A stretch of 64,000 nt of DNA from Spirochaetia bacterium. Lineage in GTDB: Bacteria > Spirochaetota > Spirochaetia > SZUA-6 > Bin103. Below are positions 60,064 to 64,000 of the stretch, piece by piece. The stretch is taken from positions 608,001-672,000 of the forward strand of contig CBDBOV010000006.1 of NCBI GenBank assembly GCA_965208575.1. The letters are read 5' to 3'. Position 1 is the first letter of the stretch. The number at the start of each line of letters is the position of its first letter. The notes beneath the pieces are model-generated. The model had not been told where the DNA came from, did no database searches, and saw nothing but the letters and a program-made list of their open reading frames with translations. Both the position numbers and the translations under genes were made by a program.

Positions 60064-61452
60064 TCAGGCGGCCTCCGGGACAAGCTCATAACCGAGTGCG
60101 TGTGCCTGCCTTCGGAGCCGGCGTTCAAAGCGGCGCCGGTCCTGGCGCTCCTCGGCGGCGAGGATGCTGTCATCGTAGGCCACGCGATGCGTGATCAGAT
60201 GGTAGATGATCCGAGCCAGTTTATGCGCGACTGCAGTGGTCGCTTCGGGAGTACCCAGACGCGCCCGCATGCGGCGGAAGTGCTGGCCCAGGGCCGATGG
60301 GCTGCGGTACAACGACTGGGTCGCCCAGTGCAGCGCCTGGGCGGCCCGATTGGTGCCCCGACCGGTGTGCGAGCTGATGATCTTGCCGCCGGTGATCTGG
60401 TTGTGGGGGCACAGGTGCAGCCAGGAGGCGAATTGCGGTGCGGTCGGAAAGCGGGACAGTTCCGGGCCGAGTTCGGTGAACAGAACCAGCGCCGTACTTT
60501 CGCCGATGCCGGGAATCAGCGTCAGGTCAGTGCCGAACAGGTGCGTAAGGTGGCCGCGCAGGTCGAACCGCTTGGCCGGTGACTCGGTTGGCGCCTCGGG
60601 CTCCGCATCGATTCCCTCATCCGGTGGGTCGTCGCCCACCGCGCCGGGTGGCTCGCTGCTGGCTTCGAACGCGCGGATGCCGGCTTCGATTTCCTGATCG
60701 CACTCCGTGATGAGTTGTTGGTAGTGGGCATAGGTCGCTCGCGCGTGCCGCAACGCCAACAGGTGCTCGGCGCGCCAGTCGCCCTGCAGCGCCTTGATCA
60801 AGGTCTCGCGGCTGGCTTTGATCCGCCGGTCGGCCAGAGCGGCCAACCGCGCCGGATCCCGCTCACCCGCCAGGATAGCGTCCGTAATGGCCAGACCGGT
60901 CGTCCCCGTCAGGTCAGAGATGGCATGGTGCAGATGCACGTTCATCTGGCTGTACGCCTTCTGCATGTGCAACACGCTGCGCGACGCCATCTTGATCAAG
61001 GTGTCGCGATGGCGCAGCACCGAGCGCAGTGCACACACCTCGTCGGCAGGGCGGAATGAGCCGCGCAGCAATCCCACCGAGTGCAGGTAGCGCAACCACT
61101 CGCAGTCGGCCACGTCGGACTTCCGACCGGGTACCGAGTGCACGTGACGCGCATTCACCAGCACCACGTCGAAGCCGTGTGCCTCCAGGATCTGATACAC
61201 CGGAATCCAGTACACACCGGTGGACTCCATCGCCACCGTGGTGACCTCGCATTCCTTGAGCCAGTCGGCCAAGGCGTGCAGGTCCGCGGTGAACGTAGCA
61301 AAGTTCCGGATCGGGTCCGGGTCGCGCTCCGGGCGCACAGCCGCGTACACCTCGGTAGCGCCTATGTCCAAGCCGGCAGCGTCCGGGTGCATCACCTTTG
61401 GTTGCGCTGTGCGACTGCCCTTGCCCTTGCGTCTGTGTCTGCGTCGTGCCAT
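60064..61452 (-). CDS. IS110-family DEDD recombinase (copy 2)
   Basis: Identical protein to copy 1. Confidence 0.95.
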   Translation of the reverse strand: MARRRHRRKGKGSRTAQPKVMHPDAAGLDIGATEVYAAVRPERDPDPIRNFATFTADLHALADWLKECEVTTVAMESTGVYWIPVYQILEAHGFDVVLVNARHVHSVPGRKSDVADCEWLRYLHSVGLLRGSFRPADEVCALRSVLRHRDTLIKMASRSVLHMQKAYSQMNVHLHHAISDLTGTTGLAITDAILAGERDPARLAALADRRIKASRETLIKALQGDWRAEHLLALRHARATYAHYQQLITECDQEIEAGIRAFEASSEPPGAVGDDPPDEGIDAEPEAPTESPAKRFDLRGHLTHLFGTDLTLIPGIGESTALVLFTELGPELSRFPTAPQFASWLHLCPHNQITGGKIISSHTGRGTNRAAQALHWATQSLYRSPSALGQHFRRMRARLGTPEATTAVAHKLARIIYHLITHRVAYDDSILAAEERQDRRRFERRLRRQAHALGYELVPEAA

Positions 61453-61458
61453 GAAACC

Positions 61459-61658
61459 TCCGCTACGACTGAGTGGTGCGGCCAAGGCGTGTGTAGCAGG
61501 TATTCTCCTGAACGGGATGATCGCCACCCGGCCGCGCCGGCTGACAACCTCACCAATGACTACGCCACCCGCCCCGGGGCCAAGCTCTTGAACGGGTTCG
61601 CAGAACGTAACGCCAGTGACGCGCCGGCCTACTTTCGCGCTCCACCCAGAACTCTGCC
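61459..61658 (-). ncRNA. Predicted bridge RNA, copy 2
   Basis: Guide motifs at 61585-61596 and 61505-61516. Confidence 0.7.
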
Positions 61659-61980
61659 CACACTATAGCTCACCCTTGTTTCTTTCATGACTGCGCCGGC
61701 CCAGGGGCCGGTGGGATAGCTCTTGAGCAGCACGTGGCTGTAGGTGTGCTGCGCGACCGTGACCAGGGGACTGTGCATGCAGGTACGGATCGCATCCGTG
61801 CACCGCTCGACCGTCTCGCCGGTGAGGTAGATGGTCCATGGTACGCCGAACCGTTCGTGCAGTTCGGCGGCGCCCTCCAGGAACCCCACCGAATCCTGCG
61901 ACGCCATCTCCACGTCGTACCCGAACAGCATCGTTCCGCTCATGGCCGGGCTGCCGTCGCTGCCGTCGTGCCGGCGCCGG

Positions 61981-62880
61981 TCAGCCGGCGCGGCGGCGGG
62001 CGGACTGCTCGCGCAGGCGCGTGCGCGCCTCGTCCCAGGAGGAGTAGGCGCCGAGCGTGTGCGGATGGCGGCTGCGCACCACCAGCGGCGGGCGCCCGCT
62101 GCGGTCGAGGGCCGCCTGCAACGCGGTGTCGCCGATGCGCTCGGGCTCGCTCTGCTCGCGGTAGCCGGGGGTCTCCCGGAAGCGCACGTCGACGCTCCAG
62201 CGCACGCCGTCGCCGTGGTTCACGTCGCTGCCGTGAAAGGTGAGGTTGTGGAACGCCAGGAAGTCGCCGCACCGCATCGGCTCCGGGACCGGCGTGCCGC
62301 GCCGCGTTACGTCTTCGAAGCTCACCATGTTGTGGTCGGCGCGGCGCGCGCCCGGCAGCAGGCCCCACTGGTGGCTGCCGGGAATGAGCTGCAGGCAGCC
62401 GTTGTGCTCGTCCACGTCGACCAGCGGGATCCACACCGAGATCACCAGGATGTGGCCGGTTTCGGGGCCGTAGTATTGGCTGTCCTGGTGCAGCGGAAAG
62501 GCGGTGTTGGTGCGGCCGGGCAGCTTGGGCCGCAGGTGGTAATCGCCGTTGAAGGAAATCTCCTCGCCGAGCAGCGGCTGCAGGGCGTCCAGGATCGCCT
62601 CGTGCCGCACCAGCGCGTACAACTCCGGCGAGAACAGGAACGTGTTCCAGGAGCGCATGCGCGACTCCGCGTCGCGGTACAGCAGCGCCAGCCGCCGCTC
62701 GAAGGAGGCGCCGGCGTGGATCGACCCGATGGCTCCCTCGGCGTGCAACTCGCGCGCATGGGCATCGACGTTGCGGTCGATGAGGTCGCGGATCGGCTGC
62801 AGCACCGAGTCCGGCAGCGCACCGCGCACGATGAAGTAGCCGTCGTTCTCGAACTGCTCGGGCGGGGAGGCTGTTGTCAT
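61981..62880 (-). CDS. Phytanoyl-CoA dioxygenase (PhyH) family protein
   Basis: HQD, VWIPL, NGCL..IPGSH, FHGS..N....R. Confidence 0.9.
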   Translation of the reverse strand: MTTASPPEQFENDGYFIVRGALPDSVLQPIRDLIDRNVDAHARELHAEGAIGSIHAGASFERRLALLYRDAESRMRSWNTFLFSPELYALVRHEAILDALQPLLGEEISFNGDYHLRPKLPGRTNTAFPLHQDSQYYGPETGHILVISVWIPLVDVDEHNGCLQLIPGSHQWGLLPGARRADHNMVSFEDVTRRGTPVPEPMRCGDFLAFHNLTFHGSDVNHGDGVRWSVDVRFRETPGYREQSEPERIGDTALQAALDRSGRPPLVVRSRHPHTLGAYSSWDEARTRLREQSARRRAG

Positions 62881-62982
62881 TCGTGTCTCCGCGTGACGAC
62901 GGATCTTACCACCACGTATCGCCGCGCGGGTAGGCCTGGGTGTACGCGCCGGTGGCGCTGGTGACCGGCGGCGGGCGGGGCA

Positions 62983-63912
62983 TCACTTGTCGTCGCCTTC
63001 CGGTGATCGGTGCCGATCCTCGCGTGGTTTACGGCGCCCGGCTCGTACGGCAATCACGCTGGCGGCGATGATCAGCAGGGTTCCGGCGGCCATGAACCAG
63101 TCTGGGCGTTCGTCCCAGATCAGCCACGCGAGTACGGCGGCGAACAGCACCGACGTGTAGTGCAGCGTGCCCACGCGGTCGGCCGGGGCAATCAGGCAGC
63201 CGCGGGCGAAGATGACATGGGCGGCCGTGGAGAACCCGCCAAGCATCGCCAGCGCAAGCCAGGTGTCCGCCGGCGGCAGGCGTGGTGCGGCGAGTACCGG
63301 ACCGCCCGTGATGAAAATGCCGATGAGTGCGAAGTAGACGGCGATGCGGGCCGCGCTCTCCTCCTTCGGCATGCGCCACACGGCTACCACGGCGAGTCCG
63401 CCCAGCACACCCGCCGCGAGTCCGACCAGTGCGGCGGGCTCGAACAGGGCCGTGCCCGGCTTGAGAATGAGCGCGGCGCCCGCGAAACCGACCAGCACGG
63501 CAATCAGCACGGGCCGGCTCAGCGGGAATCGGAACAGCAGCAATCCGAGGATCGGGACGAAGATCGGCGCGCTGAAGTTGAGCAGCACGGCCTCGGCCAG
63601 CGGAATCACCGAGACCGCGTAGTAGTAGCACAGCAGCGACACCACCACGGCTACGCCGCGCATCACGATCAGCCCGGTGTGGGCCGGTCGTATGGAATCG
63701 GGCCAGCGCAAGACGATCCACGGCACCAGAATCAGCAGGCTGAGCACGTTGCGCCAGAACAGCACCTCGACGCTCGACAGTCCGGCACTCGCCAGCCTGA
63801 TCGCCACCCCAGCCAGCGCGAACACAAGGCCCGACGCAGCCACCAACGCTGCTCCGGCAAGCATATGGCGCCGGCCGGGTCCGTCCTCGGACGTTGTACT
63901 CTGTCGGTTCAT
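62983..63912 (-). CDS. DMT/EamA family transporter
   Basis: About ten TM helices in two EamA repeats. Confidence 0.9.
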   Translation of the reverse strand: MNRQSTTSEDGPGRRHMLAGAALVAASGLVFALAGVAIRLASAGLSSVEVLFWRNVLSLLILVPWIVLRWPDSIRPAHTGLIVMRGVAVVVSLLCYYYAVSVIPLAEAVLLNFSAPIFVPILGLLLFRFPLSRPVLIAVLVGFAGAALILKPGTALFEPAALVGLAAGVLGGLAVVAVWRMPKEESAARIAVYFALIGIFITGGPVLAAPRLPPADTWLALAMLGGFSTAAHVIFARGCLIAPADRVGTLHYTSVLFAAVLAWLIWDERPDWFMAAGTLLIIAASVIAVRAGRRKPREDRHRSPEGDDK

Positions 63913-64000
63913 GGTCTACGCCCAGGCTCGTCGCGAGTAAAGACGTGTTGGTCGCAGGGACGTGCAATCGTAAACCAAGGGATTCCGGGCGATTCTTGCG

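Larger units (their letters stand above)
60047..61719 (-). mobile_element. IS110-family element, copy 2
   Basis: Reverse-complement match to 28805-30477; identical 487-aa ORF in track. Confidence 0.95.
59416..61943 (-). pseudogene. Polysaccharide deacetylase (NodB-fold) gene interrupted by IS110 copy 2
   Basis: YDVE, HTYSHVLLKS|VYMTPG rejoins in frame after removing 60047-61719. Confidence 0.9.

Overview
GC-rich bacterial chromosome window. ABC substrate-binding proteins with signal peptides of the 'FAGGEEE/WASGEQD' type suggest Spirochaetota (inference). Housekeeping and catabolic genes (sugar and peptide ABC transporters, thiolase/DUF35 pair, sulfatase, two aldo/keto reductases, pyrE, glpK/glpD, gap, an enolase-superfamily enzyme, a PhyH dioxygenase, a DMT transporter) are interleaved with heavily eroded accessory DNA. 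That DNA includes about seven type II TA modules or remnants, complete ISAs1 and IS1380 elements with TSDs, IS21/IS1634/group II intron debris, a Cre-like integrase remnant and a decayed defence island (type III RM, MmeI fragment, HsdR_N, HEPN-like protein). The most informative object is an IS110-family element present in two identical 1673-bp copies. The two insertions give its target (CTCAAGAG) and donor junction (CTCAGGAG), and both motifs recur 80 nt apart in its 5' non-coding end, which predicts a bridge RNA with readable guides. Its recombinase has Thr at the usual catalytic Ser position. Other candidates: an intact low-GC DUF6978/DUF1828-like gene pair, cargo cassettes bracketed by diverged fragments of host genes, a group II intron inserted in an IS21 terminal repeat, a small RNA candidate with an anti-SD loop, and widespread leaderless promoters. 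All family assignments come from motif recognition, not database searches.
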